IMG/VR virus record: IMGVR_UViG_3300010354_000053
Span: 32,001 to 96,000 of that record
DNA length: 64,000 bases
Origin: a virus
Strand: one strand, 5' to 3'
Shown here: positions 48,241 to 58,679 of the stretch, in pieces
How the letters are laid out: each line of letters begins with the position of its first letter
How positions within the stretch are numbered: position 1 is the first letter of the stretch
Notes under the pieces: model-generated
The model's input: only the letters and a program-made list of their open reading frames with translations
The model's database searches: none
What the model was told of the DNA's origin: nothing
Made by a program: the position numbers and the translations under genes

Positions 48241-50259
48241 TTATTTAGGCTTAGAAGCTTCTTCTAGTAATTGTTTTAAGGATTTACCCATTGATTTTTT
48301 ATTTTTTGATTCTAAACTAACGGCGTGTTTTTCTTCGGCATGTTTGAGTTTTTGCTCATGTTGCTCTTTTTTTATTTCCATCATCTGTTGATGCTTTTCT
48401 TGCATTTGTTTTAATTCTTCTTCATTCATGTTTTGTTCATTCTCAGCAAGATCTTGTTCTCCTTGCTGCTCGCCTTGCTGCTGCTGTTCAGCTTGTTGTT
48501 GTTGAGCCTGCATTTGTGATTCCATTTGATGCGCTTGTAGCTCTAGTTGTGCTGTTTGTAACTTCATTTGTTCTGCTTGCATTGCCGGGATTTTTCCCTT
48601 TTGCTTTTGATAAGCATCGTTGATGGCTGGATCGATAAAAAAATCGAGTGATTGGTTTTTTAATGCATCTTTTTCTTTAAAGAAATAATGCCTTATTTCG
48701 GACATCTTCATGTATTTAGCAACTGATTGATGAAAAATTGGAGATGTGGGGACGTCACCTCCGAACGGGAATACATCAAGTCTTTCGCTGTCAGACCAAA
48801 TTTTGCCAAATGTACCAGAAGTTTGTAATTCTTCCTTATAAATAGCTAAATCGGCTTCTTTTGTATTTTGCCCTAATCCAATAGGCTCAATTCTCAAAAT
48901 ATCTTTAGCTTGAGGAAATGAATCTGCTATTAGATCATTTAATAAATCAAATAATGTTTCGGTTAATTGTCGAAGCCCGCGTTCTTCGCCTTGTACAATT
49001 TGTTCTTGTTTACCTGTGTCTCCCATAGTTGGTTTAGCGGAATCTAAGGCACCAAAGCCAATTTCTTGGGGTGAAATCTGAAAAGCGCCACAAACAATCA
49101 TGAGAACGCGTTGGTATAAATTATTAAATTCTAGATCTTTTGCGGTAATGTTAAGAGGAACAAACTCTACATCAATTGGGCCTGCAACAATTGGAATTGT
49201 TGCGGAATTATCATTTCTAGCAACATAGTTGCTGAAAAGTTTTCTAAAAGCTTCTGCTTGTTCTGGACTTACCACACCAGTTTCTTGGGTTTTTAAATTA
49301 ATAATACCTTTGGTTGCCAAGCCTTTAGTAAATGAGTTTTGTAGATATTGTTGAGCATAAAAATGCATTGACACTGCATAAAACGCTTTTTCAATGGGGG
49401 CCATTGGATAGCCGTCTAAGTTTTCGTGAGCCTGTTTTTGAAGATAAGTCACGATTAAATCGTCTTCAGTGAAGAATGCAACATTTTTTCCGTCAATTCT
49501 TTGAACATATGCAATCGGACGACGACCTTTTTCAATATTTTTATAATCTTTTAAATCGTCTTCAGATTGATCTGCGACGTCTTTATCATTTCCAGATAAA
49601 GTTACATCTGCTTGGTCTAAAACTCTAAAAACTGTTTCTACGGGGACTGGTCTGAACAGAACGGGCACACCTTCTTTTGATCTAATTATTTGAGTTGCAC
49701 ATCTTCCATAAACTAAAAGATTTCTAGCCTGAGCCCCTAAAAATTCTGCTAAATTACATGTTTTAAACGTAGTATCTGAACCTTGAAACACATGATCAAG
49801 AATTGTGCGATTGGTGGTTCCACAATTCAAAATATATTTGAAAATAATATTAGAAAGTTCTGTGCGAAATTTAATTTCTTCAGCTTTTTCTGTTTCATTT
49901 ATTAAATTATCAATTTGTACTGGAATAACTTCTCTTAAAACAAACCCTCTATCATATTTATTGGCAGATTTTCTGCCAAATGCCATAGATTGATTGGCAC
50001 GAGTGTCGATAATTAAAGAAATAATTGAATCATAGTAGGCTAATTCCCGCAACTCTTTATCAGACATTCGCCCCTTTTTCTCAAAGAGGCTGTTAGAACT
50101 TGCATTTCTAGATTCAAGACTAAAAACAGCTTTACTCTGTTCAATTTTATCTTTAATCAATTCGTTATTTTCTAACGGTTTAACTGATTTGGATAAATCG
50201 TCTACGTAAAAAGAGACTTGTCCCTGTTTATCTTTTTTGAAGAAATCGAAAAGTCCCAT
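48241..50259 (-). CDS. Portal protein
   Basis: IIDTRANQ, RNLLVYG, GYPMAPIE, KDLEF, AFQISPQEIGF; Gln-rich C-tail. Confidence 0.9.
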   Translation of the reverse strand: MGLFDFFKKDKQGQVSFYVDDLSKSVKPLENNELIKDKIEQSKAVFSLESRNASSNSLFEKKGRMSDKELRELAYYDSIISLIIDTRANQSMAFGRKSANKYDRGFVLREVIPVQIDNLINETEKAEEIKFRTELSNIIFKYILNCGTTNRTILDHVFQGSDTTFKTCNLAEFLGAQARNLLVYGRCATQIIRSKEGVPVLFRPVPVETVFRVLDQADVTLSGNDKDVADQSEDDLKDYKNIEKGRRPIAYVQRIDGKNVAFFTEDDLIVTYLQKQAHENLDGYPMAPIEKAFYAVSMHFYAQQYLQNSFTKGLATKGIINLKTQETGVVSPEQAEAFRKLFSNYVARNDNSATIPIVAGPIDVEFVPLNITAKDLEFNNLYQRVLMIVCGAFQISPQEIGFGALDSAKPTMGDTGKQEQIVQGEERGLRQLTETLFDLLNDLIADSFPQAKDILRIEPIGLGQNTKEADLAIYKEELQTSGTFGKIWSDSERLDVFPFGGDVPTSPIFHQSVAKYMKMSEIRHYFFKEKDALKNQSLDFFIDPAINDAYQKQKGKIPAMQAEQMKLQTAQLELQAHQMESQMQAQQQQAEQQQQGEQQGEQDLAENEQNMNEEELKQMQEKHQQMMEIKKEQHEQKLKHAEEKHAVSLESKNKKSMGKSLKQLLEEASKPK

Positions 50260-50270
50260 TCAAACACCTA

Positions 50271-51257
50271 TCATTCAATAGTACAGCTTTGTACCGAGAC
50301 TGTAATTGGCTCAGAATTTTTATTCGTTGCGGCAACGCTAATTAAGTTAGTTGTTGCTGAAAACAATGCAGAACCCGTATTTCCATTAATAACTGGAAAT
50401 TGATTCCCTGATGCATCAAAATCTAAATATATCGTACTATCTGCCTCAATACAGACAAAATTTATTAATCTTGAATAGAACAAAAATGGCGTATTGACTC
50501 CGCTAATTTTTGTTTCTGGAATAACTTGTGGATTATAAAAAATAATATCTCTATCTGTAACATCAATTACCTGAAAATCCTTTGATTTATTTTCGGAGTT
50601 GAATGCAGAGTTTGCTGCAATTCGGATTTTATCGCCAATTTGTACGCCTTCAGAAGAAAAAAATCTAATTACTGAATCAAAATTAGATCCTAAAGAAATA
50701 TTAACTTCCTCAGAAATCATGCCATTATCACGAACTATTACCGAATTTCCTTCTATTGATAATACTGTATAGCCGTGACCAGTTGATGATGGATTAAGAG
50801 GAGATGCAAAGCTGGCGTCATTCTCTTGTAAATAAATAATATCTCCATTTAGAACAGAACTCAAATTTACGCCACCACCAGATAATGTAATTTTAATTGC
50901 CGTGGGGCTCATTCTTTGAGCGGAATACAGGGTTGTGGCAGAACACAAAATAGAACGGCCTATCCTAAAATTTGGAGGATTCCCAATACCAGTCCAACGC
51001 AGCCTACTAAGATCTACACCAATTTTTGGTAGAGAAATTTCAAATTCTGATGAATTCAAATTAGTGGCCACTGATCTAGCTGTTGATTGTAATAGAACAG
51101 TCTGGCCAGGTAAAATAGATCGTGTTTCACTAATCGGATTAGTAACAGAAAGTCCTTCCGACGAGGAAAGAAGATCAAAATTGCGTTGTTTTGGACTTTG
51201 TGACGCATTAGCGTCGTTATAACAAAGCCTTGAAATATAAAAGTTTAAAAGAGCCAT
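50271..51257 (-). CDS. Putative structural protein between terL and portal
   Basis: Beta-rich with two GD.I.I repeats. Confidence 0.5.
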   Translation of the reverse strand: MALLNFYISRLCYNDANASQSPKQRNFDLLSSSEGLSVTNPISETRSILPGQTVLLQSTARSVATNLNSSEFEISLPKIGVDLSRLRWTGIGNPPNFRIGRSILCSATTLYSAQRMSPTAIKITLSGGGVNLSSVLNGDIIYLQENDASFASPLNPSSTGHGYTVLSIEGNSVIVRDNGMISEEVNISLGSNFDSVIRFFSSEGVQIGDKIRIAANSAFNSENKSKDFQVIDVTDRDIIFYNPQVIPETKISGVNTPFLFYSRLINFVCIEADSTIYLDFDASGNQFPVINGNTGSALFSATTNLISVAATNKNSEPITVSVQSCTIE

Positions 51258-51265
51258 GATTGCCC

Positions 51266-53185
51266 CTAGAATAAAATAGTTGCACTACCCGATTTTAACA
51301 TTTTTTCTGCGTCTTCTTCGTTCTTTTTCTTAATATCTATATTGTATTCAGAAGCATAATGAATACGCAATGCTTCTTGCATGCCTTCTACTGTAGTAAA
51401 ACTAGGCTTTTTAGTATAATCAAACTGATCAGCCTGCGAAGCCTGAATTACCGATGCATTGCTGGTTATAAATGGATCGATTGCATATCGAAGAGCGTCA
51501 GGACCATGGGTGAAATCGTCATCAGCAAATCGCGAGTAATCATACCCCATTGCCCCCTTAGCGTATGTCCAGTTTTCCATGCATTTAATTAAAAACAAAT
51601 TTTTGGGGTCATCTAATATGATGAAATGCGCCTGTTGTCTCATTGCGTTCCATAATTTTGAACGAATCCATGATACGCCAGTATCAATAGTTAATGGTTT
51701 TTCTCCCCTAGCAGGCATATTCATGCTCCCCGCTACAGAAGTTGAAGATTTGTCGGCTGTGTCTGGACACAGGAGGTCAAATCCGTACTTAAGATAAATG
51801 TTTTCTTTCACAAAAGCAAGCCAGTCCGGATTTGCGTAACCGGTTGAATGTTCTGTATGGAGAACAAGCATTTTATCGTCTGATTTTTTATATGCTATCA
51901 AAATAGCTACTGCTGGGTCAATGAATCCAAAGTCAACACCACAATGCAATCGCCAGCCATTTGCTCTTAGTTCTCTAATTAATTCATCTTTTGAAATATC
52001 ACGTATGTTGCCAAATCGATCTGTAGGAAAGGTACTGAAGGCAAAGTTCCAACATTCTTGGACTGTCTTTACATGAATATTACGATTGAATTTATTGAAC
52101 ACAATACCCGAAGACTCAGGTTTTAAGTTAAGAATCTGTGCGTTAATCTTATCTGGATCGCCGGCATTGAGCAGAGTATTCTTAACAAAGCCTAAGTCGC
52201 GTAGCATTTTTGATTTAGATTGTTGTTTAACTGATTTTGTTCGACAAATAGAAAATACAGGACATGTTTTGCAGCCTTCATATGCCAATATAGATGAATA
52301 TACAGCCTTAGATTCCGGATTAAGAGCATTAAATGCATTATTTGGCAATACTTCTAGCGTCTCGGGATGGACATGGAGCATACTTTGCGGTAAATCGGGC
52401 TTATGGCGCTCGGGTGGACATGTTTGCATCCAATCTACAATAGACCATTTGTGTAGTCTGATGCCTGAATTTGGCATATCTGCTTCGTCAATTTTTTGCT
52501 GGATTGGTCCAGAACCAGATTTTCTGGACGACAAGTAAATAAAGATTGGCGGTTTACCAGAGCGGTCAGGGTCAGCAATGAAAGTTGCCTCAGAAAGAAT
52601 ATCTTTATCAATGAGGTCTAGCTCATCGAAAATGAGGCATGATGCACGTTGGGCGTTTGCAGACTTTTTAGTTGATACAACGACTTGTAGTTTGCTATAT
52701 CCAACGGGACGATGAGGTGATGGTGGTAATCTATTAAGCTCTTTTATTCGTTTACTATCAGTTTTTGCGAAATTAGAAATAATCGGCAAAGCGAGGTGCT
52801 TGTCCAAATAACGAATTGCGGCCAAAGATTGGTCTAAAATTGCTGCCATGTGGACTATATCTCTGGCAAAATGAACCATAAGTAAGAATTCAATAATAGA
52901 AGATGCTAATGTTTTTGCTGAGTTACGGCTTGCAGCTACAACGAACGTTGTTCTGTTGGGATCGCCGTCTTTAGCGGCAGAATAAACGTCCCAGATAAAA
53001 TCCATTGGATTAGAATTACTATTATCATCTACGGTGCAGTCCGGTAAATCAATATCTAAAAATGTCTTAATCCACTGCTTAAGCTGAGCTTTACTTTCAC
53101 AAACAGCAAAAAATTGCTCTTCATACAGCTGATTTAACGCTGCATTAAGCTGATTTTCATTTGTTAATTGCTGTTTTTTATTCAT
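51266..53185 (-). CDS. Terminase large subunit
   Basis: ASRNSAKT Walker A, LIFDELD, GVDFGFIDP, HGPDALRY. Confidence 0.92.
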   Translation of the reverse strand: MNKKQQLTNENQLNAALNQLYEEQFFAVCESKAQLKQWIKTFLDIDLPDCTVDDNSNSNPMDFIWDVYSAAKDGDPNRTTFVVAASRNSAKTLASSIIEFLLMVHFARDIVHMAAILDQSLAAIRYLDKHLALPIISNFAKTDSKRIKELNRLPPSPHRPVGYSKLQVVVSTKKSANAQRASCLIFDELDLIDKDILSEATFIADPDRSGKPPIFIYLSSRKSGSGPIQQKIDEADMPNSGIRLHKWSIVDWMQTCPPERHKPDLPQSMLHVHPETLEVLPNNAFNALNPESKAVYSSILAYEGCKTCPVFSICRTKSVKQQSKSKMLRDLGFVKNTLLNAGDPDKINAQILNLKPESSGIVFNKFNRNIHVKTVQECWNFAFSTFPTDRFGNIRDISKDELIRELRANGWRLHCGVDFGFIDPAVAILIAYKKSDDKMLVLHTEHSTGYANPDWLAFVKENIYLKYGFDLLCPDTADKSSTSVAGSMNMPARGEKPLTIDTGVSWIRSKLWNAMRQQAHFIILDDPKNLFLIKCMENWTYAKGAMGYDYSRFADDDFTHGPDALRYAIDPFITSNASVIQASQADQFDYTKKPSFTTVEGMQEALRIHYASEYNIDIKKKNEEDAEKMLKSGSATILF

Positions 53186-54105
53186 AGCCCATAATACTTG
53201 CGGTTTCTTCCTTTTCCTTCAAGGAGACTGCAATATTTTCTAAACTCGCAAGCAATTCCTTCAATATTACAAGTTGTGATTAGTATTTTTTTATCATCCT
53301 TAGCTAAATAAGGAAAACTATCAACTGGTTGGTGTTTCATCAGAGTGAAGGCAACGTCTTCAGGTTTAGCTTTAGGATTGAGTATCTTACAAGTAGGGGC
53401 TGCTCCGCGACCCATTTCTAAATATTTAAACTCATCAATATATTCGGGAAATTGATAACCAAAATCCATCATAATTTCTGTCATATGGAATGGATTTTTA
53501 AACCCTAGAATACTATGAATGCTATTTGTAAGATACTGTATGCTGTGTTTTTTGTTTGACATCAACAAATCATAAATAGGATGAACAAGTTCTGGTAATT
53601 TTTCATACAAAAATTCTTCGCGATTTTTAGCCCCAATAATTGACAATCCTGCTTGCGGAAACAAATAGGCTGTATTAAATTTAGGACCTTCTATTGAAGA
53701 AAACCTAGTTCTGGATTCTAAATTTTCAGATTTATCTAGGGAAATATTACCAGTAATTTGAAGAGTGCTAGGCATATTAATATATCTAGCAAACATTATA
53801 TTAAGTAATGCTAGTTTTTTATCGTGAAGGCACGGTTGTAGCCACTCGTGAATCCACAATGAAACCTTATCAAGTTCTCTATAACAATTAGTGAAATAAT
53901 TTCTGTTTAAAATTACATCTTCAGTCCATGGTCTAGGTTGTCCACTATCCTTAAGATGAAAGATTTTCATTCTTTCGATTGCAAAATCCCAGTACCTTTG
54001 CTCAATCGCTGAATCTATTGCAACTTCTCGACCGTTCATCCATCCAAATTCTTGGTATTGGTCAAAATGTTTATATAAATTTAAAGCTTTAGCTTTTGCA
54101 CTCAT
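53182..54105 (-). CDS. aGPT-Pplase1 / 5-hmdU DNA kinase helical-domain family protein
   Basis: ERMKIF...GQPRPWTEDVIL..YFTNCYRELDKVS, FARYIN, GRGA, NIEGIACEFRKY. Confidence 0.82.
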   Translation of the reverse strand: MSAKAKALNLYKHFDQYQEFGWMNGREVAIDSAIEQRYWDFAIERMKIFHLKDSGQPRPWTEDVILNRNYFTNCYRELDKVSLWIHEWLQPCLHDKKLALLNIMFARYINMPSTLQITGNISLDKSENLESRTRFSSIEGPKFNTAYLFPQAGLSIIGAKNREEFLYEKLPELVHPIYDLLMSNKKHSIQYLTNSIHSILGFKNPFHMTEIMMDFGYQFPEYIDEFKYLEMGRGAAPTCKILNPKAKPEDVAFTLMKHQPVDSFPYLAKDDKKILITTCNIEGIACEFRKYCSLLEGKGRNRKYYGL

Positions 54106-54806
54106 CTAGTTTTAACCTTTTCCAACAATTCTAACAGCTCTAATCTATCTTTATCAGATTTTTCTTCAATTAAAATGGGATCTATTGGTTGTGCTTCAAT
54201 CGTTTCAACTTTATTTTTTGCAGGATTATTTAAATTCGCAACGTTCACATTAACCACGGTGCCACTTGCCGACTTACCTTCAGCTTCTTTAGTTTGTAAA
54301 GATTGCAACATATCGAGTAGAGTCATAAAATCTCTATAGTTTTTTGGTATGAGCGGACAGTTTTTTGCCTGTGTTGGATCTTTAATAACTTCGGCTAGTT
54401 GCTGCTTGTATAGTGCGGCTGTTGCAACAATTGCGTCGGTCACCAAATCGATGGCGGCAGCGTCCGCCCTTGTAACCTTTTCGCCTGCACGAACACTCGT
54501 GACCAATTTTTTTCGATCTTGCCATTTATAAAAAATACCGGTGTATAGCAAAATCCCCAAGGGAATGTTTAGTTTGTTAGCAATTTCTTCCCAACTTGCT
54601 CCCATATAGTAAAAATAAAAAGCGGATTGCTCTACCTGCGAGGGTAATCGACTACCAATATTTTTAGCTGTTGTTTTTGCAAGTTCAAACTCCTCTACAG
54701 TCATATCTACTGGTCGTTCATCAAAACAACTTAATGGGTCTTCTCGTTTAATAAATGAAGATTCAGAATAGTTTGGTGTGATTGCATTTTTATTATTCTT
54801 TTTCAC
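54102..54806 (-). CDS. Probable terminase small subunit
   Basis: HTH GASWEEIANKLNIP...YKW, helical core, VNVNV tail; upstream of terL. Confidence 0.6.
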   Translation of the reverse strand: MKKNNKNAITPNYSESSFIKREDPLSCFDERPVDMTVEEFELAKTTAKNIGSRLPSQVEQSAFYFYYMGASWEEIANKLNIPLGILLYTGIFYKWQDRKKLVTSVRAGEKVTRADAAAIDLVTDAIVATAALYKQQLAEVIKDPTQAKNCPLIPKNYRDFMTLLDMLQSLQTKEAEGKSASGTVVNVNVANLNNPAKNKVETIEAQPIDPILIEEKSDKDRLELLELLEKVKTR

Positions 54807-54848
54807 GGCTGAACCTCGAATTTGTTTAAATATATAGTATTTTTAAAG

Positions 54849-54898
54849 AAAATAAAATGGCTCTGAAGACTTTTTGTCCCCAGAGCCATTGTTTTTTT
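54849..54898. terminator. Terminator after tail sheath
   Basis: AATGGCTCTG/CAGAGCCATT stem flanked by A and T runs. Confidence 0.7.
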
Positions 54899-54917
54899 CA
54901 ACAACTTACTAAAACAA

Positions 54918-57770
54918 TTAGGCAGTTACGCCGGTTGCTCGACGAGCGAGAACATCAACCGTAATAAATTCAACTGCTTCCACAGGAAATACGCTAATTG
55001 TAACTTTGTACGTATTGCCATCAAGAATAATTGAATCAACGCTGAACTGGCGCAATGCTCCTTGGCCAACAAAACTCAATAAGATATCTTGCACTGACTT
55101 AGATACTACAGAAGGAGAAACGTCTGTCGTTCTTTCGCCAATAAAATTATCTAGAGTTGAGCGTAGTGTTTTTACGACTTCATCGACTACAAACTGAACA
55201 TTTACACGTTCGTAGTACCATCCTTTTGGATCATTTTGCCTTGAACGGGTTGATAAATCTGGAGATTCCATACGAACACCAAAACCTGTAACTGATTTAA
55301 GAACAATCAGTCCAGCTTCGATTGCTTCGTCTAATTCTTTTGTATCTGCATCAAAGTCTGGCACAAATACGTCAGAATAGAGGCTTAGATCTCCAATATG
55401 TTTTACATTTGAAACTTGGAAACTTTTTCTAAGAAGGGAAGTTCCAAGGATTGCCTGAGCGCGGCCCGCAGCAAGAGCACAAGCAAGCATCCATGGTAAA
55501 AACCACTGAGCATCGCCATTAGAGTTAATTGAACGAACCTGTTGAAATGCCATTTGAACACGTTCGCTACTAAGTTCCGCGGCTTTTTGTTTAGCTACTG
55601 AAAATGAGCTATGGATACTGCACAACGCAAACCGTTCACGTTGAAATTGAATGCTGCTAGCAGTTTGAACATGGCCTCTAACGGCAGAATTAACTGCGTC
55701 GATTGAATATTGACTTGCTTGATCGGTTAAGCCATCTTCAATATCTTTAGTAGAATCACGACTAAAGAGAGGAATGACCTGTGATACATCAATTTTCAGC
55801 GCAGCGTCGAGTGCTGATTGAATAGAAACTCCGGATGTTGCGCCGATTGAACCCCCTTCCAAGAATTTAGGAGAAGAAGTCACATCTGGTAGGCCAACAA
55901 GAGATGGAGATGCTGAATTCTCAACAAAGCTAATAAGTCCAAAGTTATTATCAATCAAAGATTTAAAGTCAAAATAGTCTGATTTTAAAAGACCGGGAAA
56001 TGAATTAACTTCATGGCCGGTACAAATACCAACTGCCTCAACCTGATCAAGAACAGATGGGCTAAGACTGCGCCATCTCGCATCTGGAACTCTTGCTGAA
56101 TAACCAGTTTTTGTACTGATGAATGCAATCAAATCACCGATGGTGTTGTATTTTGATAACATTACATCAAGATTAACACCAGAACCACCTGTAACAGAAG
56201 TTTTGAGCTTTTTGTCTTTTGTGATAGTAACTGAAGCTGTTGTACCCGCATAACCTAGTTCAAGAACAATACGACCACCAACAGGTGTGTTAGGAAATTG
56301 CGCCCCATCTGACAAACGAGATGCTAAAATTCTTACTCGTTTTTCAGATGCAGATCGCAAGATTACTGGTCCTACAACAGAACTAATGCCGTTTTCTCTG
56401 ATATAAAAGGGCATAGTTTGACTATCAAGAGCAGTTGCTGCAACAGATACAGGATTATTTACTGAAGAACCGGTAATGCATTTTACGGCTTTGATAACCG
56501 CCGCGCCGGCAGAAGTCACAAGCCACGCACCGACGTTTTTAGAACCTGCGCCTTTTAAAACACTATCAGAAGGGACAACAAGCAATTCACCAATCTTTGG
56601 TGCTACCGCAAATGCACCACTGCTAAGAGCGAACGTTCCTTCAGATCCATCTACAGTTAATGAAACAGAAGCGGAGAGTGATACGTTGGAAGAAACGGCT
56701 GCCTTTTTAGCAGACGTCGCCATGAATTTAGAAGGAGCCCAAATTTCTCCGCCCGGAGCATAGATCTCTGCACACGCGGCTGCACCATTTTTTGTAGTTT
56801 CTGTAACTTCAAAAGAAACAGGGGCAAAAACCATCATTTCTGCGGTAGCTGTTGCAGATTGGTCTCCAGAAACCGCACCAGAAACTGCAACACACTCTTG
56901 AATTGTTCTTTGTCCCGCTGAAACGCAGGCGTCTAAACGATCTAGAACCATTGAAGAAGAAGTAATTGTTTGGATTTCGTAGTTACCACAATTTTCTTCG
57001 CCAGCGCCGGAAAGAACAGATGCTACTGGAATATAGACAATGTCTCCAGCAACAATAGAAGATGGGAAGGCTCCAGCAGATCTTGAAATTGTAATTTTTG
57101 TTGGGTGGTCTACGTCTGGAGAAAGGGACAAGGTTTGTCCGTCAACAAGAGCTAATGATTTTAATTCACCACCAGAAGCAGAAAACCCAACTGCGGAAGC
57201 ATTAAAAATTGCTACTACTTCTGCAACAGTCGCTTCTGGGGGAGCCAGAAATTCTTGCTCAGCGCCGCCGGATACACGAACTTTATATGCACCACCACTT
57301 GTACCCATTAGAGCTCTAGCGGTTGATTTAGGTTTAATCTCGGCAGAAGCTTGTTCGATTTTTGCAGAAATTGCATTGCCATCTTCACCGTATTCAGCGG
57401 CAGCAATCGTCGCATAAAGGCTAGCTCCACGCATGATATTCATAGAAGCTAGGCCGGATTCATTTGTTTTGTAAACAAAAAGGCTGTTAAGAGATCCGGT
57501 GAATGCTGGACTAGCTTGATTTGAAAACAGCATTCTTGCCGCATCAACAATTGGACCAGAACCGTAATAGTTTTTAACTGATTGATAATCCGTGAAAAAA
57601 GTACGGCCGAGGTCAAGAAGAGACCCAGGAACACCTTTTGAGGCTTCACCGATAATTAAAATATTGCGCGGGCCAGGAGCAACATTCGCTAGGTTATCTT
57701 CTACCTTTACAGAAGAATAAACACCAGGAACTACAACTCTGGTTCCGTTAATCACAGCAGATAAAGTCAT
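54918..57770 (-). CDS. Contractile tail sheath protein
   Basis: VPGVYS, ILIIGEASKG.P, YYGSGPIVDA; C-terminal FPVEAVEFITV. Confidence 0.9.
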   Translation of the reverse strand: MTLSAVINGTRVVVPGVYSSVKVEDNLANVAPGPRNILIIGEASKGVPGSLLDLGRTFFTDYQSVKNYYGSGPIVDAARMLFSNQASPAFTGSLNSLFVYKTNESGLASMNIMRGASLYATIAAAEYGEDGNAISAKIEQASAEIKPKSTARALMGTSGGAYKVRVSGGAEQEFLAPPEATVAEVVAIFNASAVGFSASGGELKSLALVDGQTLSLSPDVDHPTKITISRSAGAFPSSIVAGDIVYIPVASVLSGAGEENCGNYEIQTITSSSMVLDRLDACVSAGQRTIQECVAVSGAVSGDQSATATAEMMVFAPVSFEVTETTKNGAAACAEIYAPGGEIWAPSKFMATSAKKAAVSSNVSLSASVSLTVDGSEGTFALSSGAFAVAPKIGELLVVPSDSVLKGAGSKNVGAWLVTSAGAAVIKAVKCITGSSVNNPVSVAATALDSQTMPFYIRENGISSVVGPVILRSASEKRVRILASRLSDGAQFPNTPVGGRIVLELGYAGTTASVTITKDKKLKTSVTGGSGVNLDVMLSKYNTIGDLIAFISTKTGYSARVPDARWRSLSPSVLDQVEAVGICTGHEVNSFPGLLKSDYFDFKSLIDNNFGLISFVENSASPSLVGLPDVTSSPKFLEGGSIGATSGVSIQSALDAALKIDVSQVIPLFSRDSTKDIEDGLTDQASQYSIDAVNSAVRGHVQTASSIQFQRERFALCSIHSSFSVAKQKAAELSSERVQMAFQQVRSINSNGDAQWFLPWMLACALAAGRAQAILGTSLLRKSFQVSNVKHIGDLSLYSDVFVPDFDADTKELDEAIEAGLIVLKSVTGFGVRMESPDLSTRSRQNDPKGWYYERVNVQFVVDEVVKTLRSTLDNFIGERTTDVSPSVVSKSVQDILLSFVGQGALRQFSVDSIILDGNTYKVTISVFPVEAVEFITVDVLARRATGVTA

Positions 57771-57847
57771 TGAAAAAACCTCATTTAAGGTTAAGATTAG
57801 TATCTAAAATATTATATTCAATAATATAATGATGCTTTTATTCTTAA

Positions 57848-58114
57848 TTACTTAAGAATATATCCATACTGTTTCATAACATCAAGCATTTGTTCAGATG
57901 TTCCGCTTGTTGCATAACCCTTGTTATTACAAAATGCGATTAATCCGCTAAGATGACTTGGTTTATATTTAGGAACAAGTTTATCAGCAAACATACTAGC
58001 AACTTGCTCTAATGAAAGAAGTTGCGGCAGTGAGGCTTCTGCTTCACTGGCTTTATTTTCTGGTACCTCGACTAACTCCTCGGCAACTTTTTTAGATTTC
58101 TTTTCTTTAGCCAT
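57848..58114 (-). CDS. Hypothetical protein
   Basis: GAGGA RBS, start MAKEKK. Confidence 0.55.
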   Translation of the reverse strand: MAKEKKSKKVAEELVEVPENKASEAEASLPQLLSLEQVASMFADKLVPKYKPSHLSGLIAFCNNKGYATSGTSEQMLDVMKQYGYILK

Positions 58115-58679
58115 CGGTCTTTTCCTCGTAATAAAAAGGTTCAATAATACCAATTCGATTAACTATATTATAATCCACTGCTTTTTTAGCGTCAAAAAAC
58201 ATATCCACAGATCCATTCTTTTTAAAATCCTGAATAAATTTTTTATAATTTTTAACGCCAATGTATTTTTCAACGTATTTTAAAAATACTTTTTCTTCGT
58301 TTTCAAGATTTTGTATATCTTTTTTGACCTTTTCAAAATTAGCGTCTTCGTAACTCACAATGTAATTATGATGCATGAATTGAGCTTCGGGCCATGCAAC
58401 ACGCTCTTCGCCAATACAGGCGAGGACAAGGCCGTAACTTTGAGCAACTGACATAACTTGTGTTTTAATAGGCTTTTTGCTGCTGCTGAGCAAATGATAA
58501 ACAGGTTTGGCAAATTCTACGTTTGAAGATCCCGAACAATTAATGTTCATGAGTATCCATGGAATCTTTGGATCGTTTTGTAGCTCATAAAAACGATTAT
58601 AGACAGATTGAAGATCTTTATAAGTCTCAATATCTTCTGGAATCCAAAGTATGTTATTTTTTATAACCACTTTTGCCAT
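58107..58679 (-). CDS. ClpP-like serine protease
   Basis: INCSG, AQSYG (Ser), FMHH (His), DMFFDAKKAVDYNIV (Asp). Confidence 0.75.
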   Translation of the reverse strand: MAKVVIKNNILWIPEDIETYKDLQSVYNRFYELQNDPKIPWILMNINCSGSSNVEFAKPVYHLLSSSKKPIKTQVMSVAQSYGLVLACIGEERVAWPEAQFMHHNYIVSYEDANFEKVKKDIQNLENEEKVFLKYVEKYIGVKNYKKFIQDFKKNGSVDMFFDAKKAVDYNIVNRIGIIEPFYYEEKTDG

